Source: a virus (lineage: Duplodnaviria; Caudoviricetes). From it: a DNA stretch of 64,000 nucleotides. The stretch lies in IMG/VR virus record IMGVR_UViG_3300026549_000040, positions 1-64,000 of that record, one strand, 5' to 3'. A model generated the notes under the pieces. That model made no database searches and was not told the origin of the DNA. It saw nothing but the letters and a program-made list of their open reading frames with translations. This document shows, in pieces, positions 9,485 through 19,640 of this stretch. The stretch's first letter is position 1. Each line of letters starts with the position of its first letter. The translations under genes were made by a program, and so were the position numbers.

Positions 9485-10318
9485 ATGGCTTACATTAATG
9501 CAGATCAAATTAGTTATTCAGAGGATGGAAATTTTTCAGTTGGATTCTTTTCCCTCAAGCATGATGGTGAAGAAGCTATTGTAAGAATTATGTGTGATTC
9601 TATGTCAGACTTGGAAATCATGACTGTTCATCCGATTACAGTTGGGGCGAGTTCGTTCCCCAACAGACAGGTTAATTGTCTTAGAGATCCAAGAGATCCA
9701 TTGGATATGTGTCCATTGTGTGCAGCTGGAGAAAAAATTAGACAGAAAGTATTCATCAGAATGATTCAGTATGATCCAACAACAAAAGAAGCTAAAGCAG
9801 TTGTATGGGATCGTGTTGCTTCAGTCTTTGCACCGAGAATTAAAAGTTTTCTTGAGAATTATGGACCACTGTCACACATCATGTGTAAGATTATTAGACA
9901 TGGTACGGGTAAGAATACTACTTATGATATTGTACCAAACCTGAATCCTCAGGAATTTAATGAGACCAATTATCCAATTCCAGAAGATGCATTTGAAGAC
10001 TTCTCAGTACTTGGAAGAATGGTTATGGATAAGAACGCAGAAGAGATTATCGAGTTTATGAGAACAGGTGCATTTCCTGAAAAAACTCCTAATCAGAGTC
10101 AGCCACCTCAGAATACAGCCCCATCTAATTATCCACAGAATAACAACTATGGTAATGTAGCTGGTAACGTGTACGGTGCACCTCCTAATAATGGTTATTC
10201 AGCACCAACTCCTAATAGTGGATATTCAACACCAAATCAAATGCCAGCTAATCAAGTTCAAGACCCTACTGTTCCACCAACAGGTCAAGGACTTGAAAGA
10301 CCAACTCGTTACTACTAA
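9485..10318 (+). CDS. phage single-stranded DNA-binding protein (gp32-like)
   Basis: FFSLK..GEEAIVR, H...C..CPLC, KIIRHG.GK.T.Y, low-complexity P/N/Q tail; located between primase and polymerase. Confidence 0.7.
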   Translation: MAYINADQISYSEDGNFSVGFFSLKHDGEEAIVRIMCDSMSDLEIMTVHPITVGASSFPNRQVNCLRDPRDPLDMCPLCAAGEKIRQKVFIRMIQYDPTTKEAKAVVWDRVASVFAPRIKSFLENYGPLSHIMCKIIRHGTGKNTTYDIVPNLNPQEFNETNYPIPEDAFEDFSVLGRMVMDKNAEEIIEFMRTGAFPEKTPNQSQPPQNTAPSNYPQNNNYGNVAGNVYGAPPNNGYSAPTPNSGYSTPNQMPANQVQDPTVPPTGQGLERPTRYY

Positions 10319-10332
10319 TAATCGTTAACAAT

Positions 10333-10364
10333 AAATATACCAGCCTTAATTGGCTGGTATATTT
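10333..10364 (+). terminator. intrinsic terminator hairpin
   Basis: AAATATACCAGCC-ttaatt-GGCTGGTATATTT. Confidence 0.7.
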
Positions 10365-10382
10365 GTATGGGGTGAATATTTA

Positions 10383-10694
10383 ATGAAACTTAAAAATTAT
10401 ATAAGAGTAAGGACACGAATACCTTTCATTGTTTCATATTGCTATATAGATTGTGATGAATATGTTGCTGATGAAATTTTTTCAGATCATGAGATGACTT
10501 TTATTTACTTTCATAAAAAAGAATTGTATAATGAAGATACAAATTTTGTTATATCAAGATGTTCTATATTAAAGAAGGACGAAGGAAAATTTATAGAATG
10601 TATGGAACATCTTAGAAGGAAACTTGAATTCTTAGATTATAATATGGAATTTTATGATGAGTTATCTGAGGCTTTAACGAAAGCGCAGGAGTAA
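10383..10694 (+). CDS. hypothetical protein
   Basis: ORF; GGGGTG RBS. Confidence 0.6.
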   Translation: MKLKNYIRVRTRIPFIVSYCYIDCDEYVADEIFSDHEMTFIYFHKKELYNEDTNFVISRCSILKKDEGKFIECMEHLRRKLEFLDYNMEFYDELSEALTKAQE

Positions 10695-10695
10695 T

Positions 10696-13134
10696 ATGGT
10701 AAAAGCTAATTTGTTTGGGATAAGTATTGAAAATAATAATGATAAAATCATTAAGAAGATTAATAATCCTAAGAAGGCAAAAACTACTACAACTAATATA
10801 AAATCAAAAAAATTACCAATAAAAGACAAATTAGTCATTATAAATGAAAATGTAGATAAAACTCTTGGTATCTATAAAGATCAAACTCAAGTTATCAAGT
10901 CTAAATCTGAGTTATTTGAGTATGTAGATAAAGCTTGGGAAAATGATATAATTGCAATAGATACAGAAACAAATAATTCTTTAGACCCTTTAACTTGTAA
11001 ATTGATGGGGTTATGTTTATATACTCCAGGATGTATGAATGCTTATATTCCTGTTAATCATACTGATTTAGAAAGCAATAGATTAGATTGGCAAGTTACG
11101 GAACAAGATATAAAAGAAGCATTAGAAAGAATAAAAGACATAAAGGTTTTAACCCATAATGGTAAGTTTGATTATCAAGTTATCTATTGCACTTGTGATG
11201 TAAAAATTCCCATCACTTGGGATTCAATGGTTGGTGCAAAGTTATTAAATGAAAATGAACATTCTGCAGGGTTAAAACAACAATATATAGATAAGATAGA
11301 TTCATCAATTGAGAAATATTCAATAGATAAGTTATTTGATAATATTGAATATAAATATGTAGATCCAGGGGTTTTTGCATTATACTCAGCTACAGATGCA
11401 TACATGACATATAAATTATATGAATATCAAAAAAAGAAATTTGAAGAAGTAGGCAATGAAAAATTATATAGTTTATTTATCAACATTGAAATGCCTATTG
11501 TAACTGTAGCGGCGGAAATGGAATTAACTGGTGTTTGTATTGATACTGAATATTCTAACAGGTTAAGTAAAAAATATCATAAAAAATATGATGATCTTCA
11601 GAATAAAATAAGTGTAGAATTATCTAAGTTTAATAAAAAGATAGAAGATTGGAGATTAACAGATGAAGCTAATCTTCACCCAACAAAATCTACGGGTAAA
11701 GGGTTTGGTAAATCAAAGTCTGAACAATTAGAATCTCCAGTAAATTTATCATCTCCAACTCAATTAGCAATATTATTATATGATGTATTAAAAATAAAGC
11801 CTGTAAGTAAAAAATCACCAAGAGGTACAGGAGAAGATATTTTAAAGAAAATCAATCTTCCTATATGTAATTTAATTCTAGAAGAAAGAGGGTTATTAAA
11901 ATTAATAAATACATATATAGACAAATTACCAGAGTGTGTGTCTAAAAAAGATGGAAGATTACATGCACATTTTAATCAGTATGGTGCAGCAACAGGTAGG
12001 TTTAGCTCAAGCGACCCTAATCTACAAAATATACCATCACATAATAATGAAATAAGAATGATGTTCACTGCTTCTCCTGGGTACGTAATGGTTGGTGGAG
12101 ATTATTCTCAACAAGAACCACGTCTATTGGCACATTATTCCAATGATGAACACATGATAGATGCCTACAGACAAGGAAAAGACTTGTATGCGTCTATAGC
12201 ATCAAAAGTTTATCATAATAACTATGAAGATAACAGAGAATTTAGACCTGATGGTACTATAAATCCAGAAGGAAAGAAAAGAAGAACTTCTGTAAAGAGT
12301 TTGTTATTAGGAATTATGTATGGTATGTCTACTCCATCTATTGCATCACAACTTGGGTGTGATATTAAAGAAGCTGAAAATATTAAACAAGGGTTCTTTA
12401 AAGAATTTCCAAAGGTAAATAGTTGGATTGATGAAACAAGAAATTTTGTTAAGAAGAATGGGTTTGTAGAAGATGCATGGGGTAGGAGGAGAAGACTTCC
12501 AGATATAAATTTAAGTAAATACGAAGTATATAGTAACGAAGATAAGGTATGCTTTAATCCTTTGTTATATACATCAGGGGTTAATAAATATATAAATACA
12601 GGACTAGTTGATCGTTACACTTCGGAATTATATAACTGCAAATCTAAGAAGCAAGTTGATGATATAAAAGCTAGGGCACAGAAGGATAATATAAGAATAA
12701 AAGATAATTCAGGATTTGTGGCACAAGCGGAAAGACAATGTGTTAATGCTAGAATTCAAGGTGGTGCGGCATCTATGTCAAAAAAAGCCATGATAAATGT
12801 ATTTAACAACGAAAGATTAAGAGAGTTAGGATTTAAACTATTGATAGTAGTACACGATGAGATAATAGGGGAATGTCCAGAGGAGAATAAAGAAGAATGT
12901 AAGCAATTGTTGTCCAAAGTTATGATTGATTCTGCTCTACCTGAAGTTACAGTTCCTATGAAGTGTGATACAGATTCATTTAAATCCTGGTACGAGGATG
13001 TATATTCTTCAGACATTAAAAAAGAGTATGATAAATTATTGTCCTCTTACAATGAAACAGATTCATATAATATGCTACTTGATAATCATACTGAATTAAC
13101 CAAAGATCAAATAAATAATATAATTAATCATTGA
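10696..13134 (+). CDS. polA: family A DNA polymerase with 3'-5' exonuclease, no 5'-3' exonuclease
   Basis: IDTET, HNGKFD, YSATDA; TGRFSSSDPNLQNIP; DYSQQEPR; RTSVKSLLLGIMYG; VHDE. Confidence 0.95.
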   Translation: MVKANLFGISIENNNDKIIKKINNPKKAKTTTTNIKSKKLPIKDKLVIINENVDKTLGIYKDQTQVIKSKSELFEYVDKAWENDIIAIDTETNNSLDPLTCKLMGLCLYTPGCMNAYIPVNHTDLESNRLDWQVTEQDIKEALERIKDIKVLTHNGKFDYQVIYCTCDVKIPITWDSMVGAKLLNENEHSAGLKQQYIDKIDSSIEKYSIDKLFDNIEYKYVDPGVFALYSATDAYMTYKLYEYQKKKFEEVGNEKLYSLFINIEMPIVTVAAEMELTGVCIDTEYSNRLSKKYHKKYDDLQNKISVELSKFNKKIEDWRLTDEANLHPTKSTGKGFGKSKSEQLESPVNLSSPTQLAILLYDVLKIKPVSKKSPRGTGEDILKKINLPICNLILEERGLLKLINTYIDKLPECVSKKDGRLHAHFNQYGAATGRFSSSDPNLQNIPSHNNEIRMMFTASPGYVMVGGDYSQQEPRLLAHYSNDEHMIDAYRQGKDLYASIASKVYHNNYEDNREFRPDGTINPEGKKRRTSVKSLLLGIMYGMSTPSIASQLGCDIKEAENIKQGFFKEFPKVNSWIDETRNFVKKNGFVEDAWGRRRRLPDINLSKYEVYSNEDKVCFNPLLYTSGVNKYINTGLVDRYTSELYNCKSKKQVDDIKARAQKDNIRIKDNSGFVAQAERQCVNARIQGGAASMSKKAMINVFNNERLRELGFKLLIVVHDEIIGECPEENKEECKQLLSKVMIDSALPEVTVPMKCDTDSFKSWYEDVYSSDIKKEYDKLLSSYNETDSYNMLLDNHTELTKDQINNIINH

Positions 13135-13136
13135 TA

Positions 13137-13165
13137 TTTACAATTTTTAAAATGTGTATTATTCT
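13137..13165 (+). promoter_or_regulatory. sigmaA-type promoter of the queD-dpdA-dnaN operon
   Basis: TTTACA-N17-TATTCT. Confidence 0.55.
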
Positions 13166-13199
13166 ATATATGTAATAACTTGGAAAGGAGTTGTTTATT

Positions 13200-13553
13200 A
13201 TGTATAATATTGTTAAAAGACTTGAAATAGCAGGTGCTCATAATTTAAAGTTAGATTATGAAAGTAAATGTTCAAACATACATGGTCATAATTGGGTAGT
13301 GACCATTTATGTGCGTTCTAAAGAATTAGACAATAACGGGATGGTACTTGATTTTACTCATATTAAGAAATTGATACATGATAAATTGGATCATAAGTAT
13401 CTTAATTATATATTTGATTTTAACCCTACAGCGGAGAATATTTCAAAATGGATAAGTGATGAATTAACAAATCATATGAATGGAAGAGGAGAGTGTTATA
13501 AGGTTAGTGTTCAAGAATCCGAAGGAAATATATGTATTTATGAAAGGGATTAA
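13200..13553 (+). CDS. queD: 6-carboxy-5,6,7,8-tetrahydropterin synthase
   Basis: AH.L...KC..IHGHNW; LDH.YLN; NPTAENI; VQESE. Confidence 0.95.
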   Translation: MYNIVKRLEIAGAHNLKLDYESKCSNIHGHNWVVTIYVRSKELDNNGMVLDFTHIKKLIHDKLDHKYLNYIFDFNPTAENISKWISDELTNHMNGRGECYKVSVQESEGNICIYERD

Positions 13554-13558
13554 TTAGC

Positions 13559-14194
13559 ATGAAGGTAGTTGAAATTTTTAACAGTATTGAAGGTGAAGGA
13601 AAAAGAGTGGGTAAACCTACAACATTTATAAGGTTGTATGGGTGCAACTTAAGATGTTCCTACTGTGATACACCCTACGGATATTCAGGAGGGGATTTTA
13701 TAAATATGTCAGTACAGGATATATTGGGAGTTGTGGCTGACATAGGTTGTAATAGTATAACAGTTACAGGAGGAGAACCTTTATATCACGAAGGTATTTC
13801 AACACTATTAGAAGCTTTGATAAACGAAAATTATTTTGTTAACGTAGAAACTAATGGGTCTATAGTACCAACTGTTAGGGCAAGTAATATATTCTATACT
13901 GTAGATTATAAAACTAAATCAAGTGGCATGGAATATATGATGAATGATGAAGTATTTAATTCCCTAAATCGTAAAGATGTCATAAAATGTGTTGTTTCTT
14001 CTGTAGAGGAAATGAACCATTGTTATGAAAAACTAAATAATATAGATGTTGATAATAAATACTTTAGTCCTGTATTTGGTAATATAAGTGGTGAAGAGAT
14101 AGTAACTCATGTACTAAATAATAAATGGTTTGATTGGAATGTGCAACTTCAGTTACATAAGATTATATGGGATCCAGATAAGAGAGGTGTATGA
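13559..14194 (+). CDS. queE: 7-carboxy-7-deazaguanine synthase (radical SAM)
   Basis: EIFNSIEGEG, FIRLYGCNLRCSYCDT, TGGEP, ETNG, QLHKIIW. Confidence 0.95.
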   Translation: MKVVEIFNSIEGEGKRVGKPTTFIRLYGCNLRCSYCDTPYGYSGGDFINMSVQDILGVVADIGCNSITVTGGEPLYHEGISTLLEALINENYFVNVETNGSIVPTVRASNIFYTVDYKTKSSGMEYMMNDEVFNSLNRKDVIKCVVSSVEEMNHCYEKLNNIDVDNKYFSPVFGNISGEEIVTHVLNNKWFDWNVQLQLHKIIWDPDKRGV

Positions 14195-14787
14195 TGGCTA
14201 AATTCAATGATAAAAAAGTAGAGAGTGCAATTAAACAATTATTAGAAGCCTTTGGGGAAGATATACACAGAGAAGGATTAACAGAAACACCTAAACGTGT
14301 TACTAAATATTGGAAGGAACTACTTGAGGGTAATAATTACACTAATGAAGAAATAGCACGTATGAATAATAAGTGTTTTACAGTTCCCTATGATTCTATG
14401 GTTGTTAAGGAAGTAAAGGATGTATTCAGTCATTGTGAACATCATTTGGCATTAATGTATAATATGAGGGTAGTTGTAGCTTATATTCCTATTCAAGTTG
14501 ACGGAGGTTATAAAGTATTAGGGTTAAGCAAAATACCACGTATTGTTAAATTATGTGCTAAAAGGTTACAGTTGCAGGAGAAATTAGCAACCGATATTGC
14601 AGAATGTATATCCTTTGCAACAGGAAGTACTGATGTTTATGTTAATATAGTAGGAGATCACGGATGTGTGTCTGCTAGAGGAAGTAATAGTGAAGGATTT
14701 ACAGATGTTACTACATTGTGGGGTCAATTTAAGGAAAATTCAGATCTCAGAAATGAAATAGAAAGAAAGATATATGAAAGGAGCTAA
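14191..14787 (+). CDS. folE: GTP cyclohydrolase I
   Basis: REGLTETPKRV, SHCEHH, GLSKIPR, RLQLQE, HGC..RG. Confidence 0.95.
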   Translation: MMAKFNDKKVESAIKQLLEAFGEDIHREGLTETPKRVTKYWKELLEGNNYTNEEIARMNNKCFTVPYDSMVVKEVKDVFSHCEHHLALMYNMRVVVAYIPIQVDGGYKVLGLSKIPRIVKLCAKRLQLQEKLATDIAECISFATGSTDVYVNIVGDHGCVSARGSNSEGFTDVTTLWGQFKENSDLRNEIERKIYERS

Positions 14788-14791
14788 TAGT

Positions 14792-15508
14792 ATGAAGAAA
14801 GTATTACTGTATAGTGGGGGTATGGATAGTTGGTTAATAAAGCAATTATGGAAACCCGATATTTGTTTATATATAGACATACACGGTAGTTATTCAAATG
14901 ATGAAATAAGAAGACTACCTGAGGATGTAAAGATAGTGGATTTTCCTTTGTTAGGGGAGTTTGAGTTGAATAACAAATTCATACCACTAAGAAATTTGTA
15001 TTTTTTAATGATTGCAAGTAATTATGGTGATGAAATATGCTTAGGAGCAACATCAGGGGACTGGGGGAATAAAGATAAAACACCAGATTTCTTAGATATG
15101 TCTGAAAATATACTTAATTATCTTTGGTCAGATAAGAAGGTATGTAAGAAAATTAAGGTTAATAAAGATTTTATTAATAGATCAAAAACTAATTTATTAA
15201 TGGAGTACCTTAGTAAAGGTAATGATATAAAAACAGTTAAAGAAAGTACATTTTCTTGTTATACACCAAAAGATGGGAACGAGTGCATGGAATGTTATCC
15301 ATGCTTTAGAAAATTTGCAATCCTGTATAGTTTTGGATATGTGTATTCAAAAGAAGAGGAATATAAAATGTGGGAATATATTAAACAAAATATCATACCG
15401 ACTAAAGAGCAAGGAGGTTATCAAGGCACATATTATACTGACCGAGGAGAAGAAAGTATCTATTTAATTGAATGTGTAGAAGGATTAAAACAGAAATATG
15501 GAAAATAA
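14792..15508 (+). CDS. queC: 7-cyano-7-deazaguanine synthase (QueC-like)
   Basis: PP-loop YSGGMDS, IPLRN, SCY...C..C.PC. Confidence 0.85.
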   Translation: MKKVLLYSGGMDSWLIKQLWKPDICLYIDIHGSYSNDEIRRLPEDVKIVDFPLLGEFELNNKFIPLRNLYFLMIASNYGDEICLGATSGDWGNKDKTPDFLDMSENILNYLWSDKKVCKKIKVNKDFINRSKTNLLMEYLSKGNDIKTVKESTFSCYTPKDGNECMECYPCFRKFAILYSFGYVYSKEEEYKMWEYIKQNIIPTKEQGGYQGTYYTDRGEESIYLIECVEGLKQKYGK

Positions 15509-15881
15509 ACGTGTCTGGGATAATAACATAATAGTTGCAGTTGATTATGACGGTACCATAGCAGAACAAGGTAAATTAACAGAAGAAGGAGTTGATATGG
15601 TAAAATTATTATCCTCGTTACCTGTAACTTTAGTATTATGGACTTGTAGACATGGATCTTCCTTAGATGAAGCACTTGAAGAAATTTCCAAATATAATTT
15701 GCATTTTGATTATATTAATGATACTGAGGGTGATAGGTATGATGGACGTAAAATAAATGCAGATCTTTATATTGACGATAAAAATCCTGGAGGTGTTCAG
15801 TGGGATTTAGCATTTGAATGTATACATGATTTAATAAGAAAAGGTAATGGTAAGTATAAAGACGGGGGTAATTATGTTTGA
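15498..15881 (+). CDS. small capless HAD-superfamily hydrolase
   Basis: VAVDYDGT, LWTCR, RKINADLYIDDK. Confidence 0.8.
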   Translation: MENKRVWDNNIIVAVDYDGTIAEQGKLTEEGVDMVKLLSSLPVTLVLWTCRHGSSLDEALEEISKYNLHFDYINDTEGDRYDGRKINADLYIDDKNPGGVQWDLAFECIHDLIRKGNGKYKDGGNYV

Positions 15882-16803
15882 TTTATATTTTGCTGGAAGT
15901 TATAATTCAATACCTGAAGAAACTATTAGAAAGTATAATCTTTGTAGGTTGTTTTCACAGTTGAATGATAGAAAAAATATAGAAGGTTATGTAGAGTATT
16001 TAAGAGAGCATAAAGAGTGTACTTGTAAATTATTCATAGATAGTGGTTCTTTTACAGCATTTACAAAAGGTAAAGTAGTAGATGTTGATGATTATATATC
16101 TTATATAAATTCTATTGACGATGTTGTAACGGTATTCGTTCAAGTTGACAAGATAACTGGTCCTAATGATACTGCGAAAGTTATAAATGAAGGTTCTGAG
16201 TATAATTGGGATAACTATTTATATATGTCAGAAAAAGTTAAGAGTAGAGATAAATTACTTCCTGTGTTTCATCAAAACGAAGATTTTAAGTGGCTTGATA
16301 ATATGTTAGAATATAAAAGAGAGGATGGAACATCAATACCCTATATATGCTTATCTACTATAAACGGAGCACCAACAACAGAAAAAATAACATGGTTACG
16401 TAAATGTTTCAATCATATAAAAAATAGTAGTAACAAGGATGTTAAGACACATGCATTAGGGATGACTATTAGAAAAGTTTTAGAAATGTTTCCAATTACA
16501 TCTGCAGATTCAACAGGTTGGTTGTTATCGGCAGCAATGGGGGGTGTATATGTTGGTAAGTATAACGAAGTAGTTAGTGTATCCCCTAAATCTGTTCATA
16601 AAACGAATTATGTGGATTTTATGCCTCAATACTATAAGAAGGAAATAGATAGATATTTATCAGAATTAGATTTATCTTTTGAAGATATACAGGATAATCC
16701 AGGATATAGAATGAGGGTTAATGTATTAAATTCATACGAGTGGGCTAAAGATTATAAGTGTAAATATAAAGAGGACCTTAATGTAAGAAAATCCTTGTGG
16801 TAA
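15874..16803 (+). CDS. dpdA: DpdA-like DNA guanine transglycosylase (TGT superfamily)
   Basis: LFIDSGSFT, VQVD, LPVFH..E, HALG.T, P..SADSTGW; preQ0 operon context. Confidence 0.85.
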   Translation: MFDLYFAGSYNSIPEETIRKYNLCRLFSQLNDRKNIEGYVEYLREHKECTCKLFIDSGSFTAFTKGKVVDVDDYISYINSIDDVVTVFVQVDKITGPNDTAKVINEGSEYNWDNYLYMSEKVKSRDKLLPVFHQNEDFKWLDNMLEYKREDGTSIPYICLSTINGAPTTEKITWLRKCFNHIKNSSNKDVKTHALGMTIRKVLEMFPITSADSTGWLLSAAMGGVYVGKYNEVVSVSPKSVHKTNYVDFMPQYYKKEIDRYLSELDLSFEDIQDNPGYRMRVNVLNSYEWAKDYKCKYKEDLNVRKSLW

Positions 16804-16818
16804 TCATAGGAGGGTTAT

Positions 16819-17940
16819 ATGATTATATTTAATACAAAAGAGATAAAAGAATTATGTCACAATATATTACAAGCAGTAGACAGCAATAGTCTGGAACGTA
16901 TAACTGAGGTTGTGCAACTTGATATATTGAATAGTGTGATTTGCATGTCAGTTAGTAATGGAGAATACTATGCAAGATTCAAAGTACCTATTAATTCCAA
17001 AGAGGAATTACATGCAACAGTCAATGCCTCAACATTCCTAAGATTAATAGAAAAGCTAACATGTGAATCAGTTAGTATGTATATATATGATAATAATACG
17101 TTAATCATAGAGGGTAATGGGAAGTATAAGATTCCTCTTGTATTTTCAGAGGATGAGTTATTAAATGTACCCGAGATTCCTATGAATAATGTTACTGTGT
17201 CTTTTAGTGTGAATTCGAACATACTAAAAAGTATATTAAAATATAATACACCCGAATTAAATAAGGGTGTGATAAGCAGTCCTGTTCAAAAAATGTACTA
17301 TGTGGATGAAAAGGGTGCTATAACATTTACTACAGGGGCATGTATTAATAAGTTTGCATTATCACAACCCGTTAAGTTATTACTGAATAAGAAGATAGTT
17401 AGTTTATTTAATTTATTTACAGAGGATACGGTATCTTTCAGCCTTAGTCAAGAAGTGCAGTCAGAGGTTAATGTTACTAAGATAAAGTTTGAAACTGCTT
17501 CCTTCACCTTAGTTTCATTTGTGACTTCTGATTCTGTTTTAATTAATTCAGTACCTAGTACAGCTATAAGGTCAAGGGCATATAAGACCTATGATAACTA
17601 TGTAACCATTAGTAAATCTTCTTTATTAGCCTGTTTAGATAGAATATCTTTATTCTACACTTCCTTATCACAACAATATATCAGAATAAAATATGAAAGT
17701 GATGGTATAGTAGTATCAGATATAGATAATAATAACGTGGAAAATATACCGTATGTAGGAGATAAAAAAGTACTTCGTGATTATGAAATGGTAGTTGATT
17801 TGAATGATATTCTGTATACATTAAAGTCTTATACTGATAATTATGTAAATATTAATTTTGGGGATCATGAGGCATTAGTATTAGTATCTAATGACATATA
17901 TATAGTAATACCAGAGGTTTTGTCATATGAGGTAGATTAG
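16819..17940 (+). CDS. dnaN: DNA polymerase sliding clamp (beta-like)
   Basis: 373 aa, three-domain beta-clamp-like pattern; clamp-loader genes nearby. Confidence 0.75.
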   Translation: MIIFNTKEIKELCHNILQAVDSNSLERITEVVQLDILNSVICMSVSNGEYYARFKVPINSKEELHATVNASTFLRLIEKLTCESVSMYIYDNNTLIIEGNGKYKIPLVFSEDELLNVPEIPMNNVTVSFSVNSNILKSILKYNTPELNKGVISSPVQKMYYVDEKGAITFTTGACINKFALSQPVKLLLNKKIVSLFNLFTEDTVSFSLSQEVQSEVNVTKIKFETASFTLVSFVTSDSVLINSVPSTAIRSRAYKTYDNYVTISKSSLLACLDRISLFYTSLSQQYIRIKYESDGIVVSDIDNNNVENIPYVGDKKVLRDYEMVVDLNDILYTLKSYTDNYVNINFGDHEALVLVSNDIYIVIPEVLSYEVD

Positions 17941-17945
17941 ATATT

Positions 17946-18185
17946 ATGGGATACGAATTAATAGGTATTTGTGGATCTTTATGGATAGTTATATCTATGT
18001 CTTTTCCTTCTACGGAAAAGAGAAAAAATATACTTATGAGAGTGCTTAATATGGTGGGGTCTGCTTGTTTTGTTATATATGGATTGTTAATACCAGCATA
18101 TAGTACTGCCTTAGTTAATTTTATAATGATATTCATTAATTTGTTCAACATATATAAACTAGTTAGAAGAGGGAATGATAATTGA
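17946..18185 (+). CDS. small membrane protein (YgjV-like)
   Basis: Three hydrophobic helices; [18 protein letters not shown]...N. Confidence 0.6.
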   Translation: MGYELIGICGSLWIVISMSFPSTEKRKNILMRVLNMVGSACFVIYGLLIPAYSTALVNFIMIFINLFNIYKLVRRGNDN

Positions 18186-18613
18186 GTAGTATAAGAATAA
18201 AATATTTTTATGATGATATTAGTCATCTAGAAAAGTCTTTAAATGGAGATTGGGTAGATTTAAGAGCTGCTGAAACTGTAGAATTAAAAGTCGGTGAGTA
18301 TAAATTAATCCCGTTGGGTGTGGGCATGATATTGCCAGAGGGATACGAAGCATTACTAGTTCCAAGAAGTAGTACTTATAAAAAATTTGGTGTCATACAA
18401 ACAAACCACATAGGTGTGATTGATGAATCCTATTGTGGTGAGGATGACCAGTGGATGTTTCCTGCCTATGCTTTAAAGGATACGATTATTTATAAAGGGG
18501 ATAGAATTTGTCAGTTCAGAATAATCAAACATCAACCACAACTTGAATTTATTGAGGTTGATCATTTAAATTCAGTTAGTAGAGGTGGTTTTGGAAGTAC
18601 TGGAGTCAAATAA
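18182..18613 (+). CDS. dut: trimeric dUTPase
   Basis: [34 protein letters not shown]. Confidence 0.95.
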   Translation: MSSIRIKYFYDDISHLEKSLNGDWVDLRAAETVELKVGEYKLIPLGVGMILPEGYEALLVPRSSTYKKFGVIQTNHIGVIDESYCGEDDQWMFPAYALKDTIIYKGDRICQFRIIKHQPQLEFIEVDHLNSVSRGGFGSTGVK

Positions 18614-19080
18614 TGTCGTCTAGTATAGGTAAGAATTTTGAAGAAAGATTTAAAATTGATTGGCAAGATTCCTTCCCACAAGGAACTATAGATAGACTAT
18701 ATGATTCAATGTCAGGATATTTATCTATATCAACTGTGAGTGATTTTATTTGTTATAACTACCCAAACATTTATTATATAGAATGCAAAACTCATAAAGG
18801 GGCAAGTTTACCATTTACAAATATAACACAATATGTTAAAATAAATACGAAGGTGGGTATAAAAGGTGTTAGAGCCGGTATAGTACTTTGGTTGTATGAA
18901 AAGGATAGAGTTTTTTATATACCAGTATCCACAATACAAAAGATGAAGAAGGATGGAGAGAAGTCTGTTGGTATAAGATCGTTATCGAAGTACGATATAA
19001 TTGAAATACCATCTAAAAAATTAAAGACTTATATGAAATCGGATTATTCTATTTTGGCAGATTTAGAGGAGGGAAAGTAA
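18613..19080 (+). CDS. recU: RecU-like Holliday junction resolvase
   Basis: GKNFE...SDF...IECK. Confidence 0.7.
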   Translation: MSSSIGKNFEERFKIDWQDSFPQGTIDRLYDSMSGYLSISTVSDFICYNYPNIYYIECKTHKGASLPFTNITQYVKINTKVGIKGVRAGIVLWLYEKDRVFYIPVSTIQKMKKDGEKSVGIRSLSKYDIIEIPSKKLKTYMKSDYSILADLEEGK

Positions 19081-19640
19081 TGGATGAAAAAAGATTAAAT
19101 GAATCAATCATTAACACAACCGAAGATTCATCTCAAGTACTTACTATTATTAATGATGTTGTAAGTGAATATAGTAAAGAACTTGATGAAGTTATGAGTA
19201 ATATTTATGATAATATTATTATGGATAATTACCCAGCAATATCAGTGATAGAGAAGTATTTTTTAGAACTTTCAAATTGTTTGTACGTTATGTGTGAGAA
19301 AGTCGAAAAAGTTGGAGTATTTGATTCAATCAGCAAATCAAGGGCTCAGGAAACTTATAATAATAAGTATCTTGAACATCAGTCCTCCAACATTGGGAAA
19401 ACAGGGGTTAAGAAACCTACGGTGGCAGAGTCCACTGCAAATGCCGAAATTGGATCATTGTATGATAAAACCGTTAATGATATTTATTCAAAGGCTTATA
19501 AAATCCTTAAGAATAAAATTTCAGCCGCAGAAACAATGGTTACAACATTAAGTAAGATACTGAGTCACAGAATACAGGAATCTCAGTTAACGGTATCTCA
19601 AACAGGAAGACAAATCTTAAATGAAGGAGAAGTATTTTAA
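19080..19640 (+). CDS. helical hypothetical protein, possibly a UvsY-like recombination mediator
   Basis: All-helical, KPTVAE motif, translationally coupled to recA; function inferred only. Confidence 0.45.
   Translation: MDEKRLNESIINTTEDSSQVLTIINDVVSEYSKELDEVMSNIYDNIIMDNYPAISVIEKYFLELSNCLYVMCEKVEKVGVFDSISKSRAQETYNNKYLEHQSSNIGKTGVKKPTVAESTANAEIGSLYDKTVNDIYSKAYKILKNKISAAETMVTTLSKILSHRIQESQLTVSQTGRQILNEGEVF

Noticed and set aside
12490-12720. Intein or intron in polA
   Set aside because: The ~75-aa insertion is in frame and lacks intein C/S...HN termini or homing-endonuclease motifs.
13200-16803. dG+ or dPreQ1 pathway
   Set aside because: No Gat-QueC, ArcS or QueF-like gene in the window.
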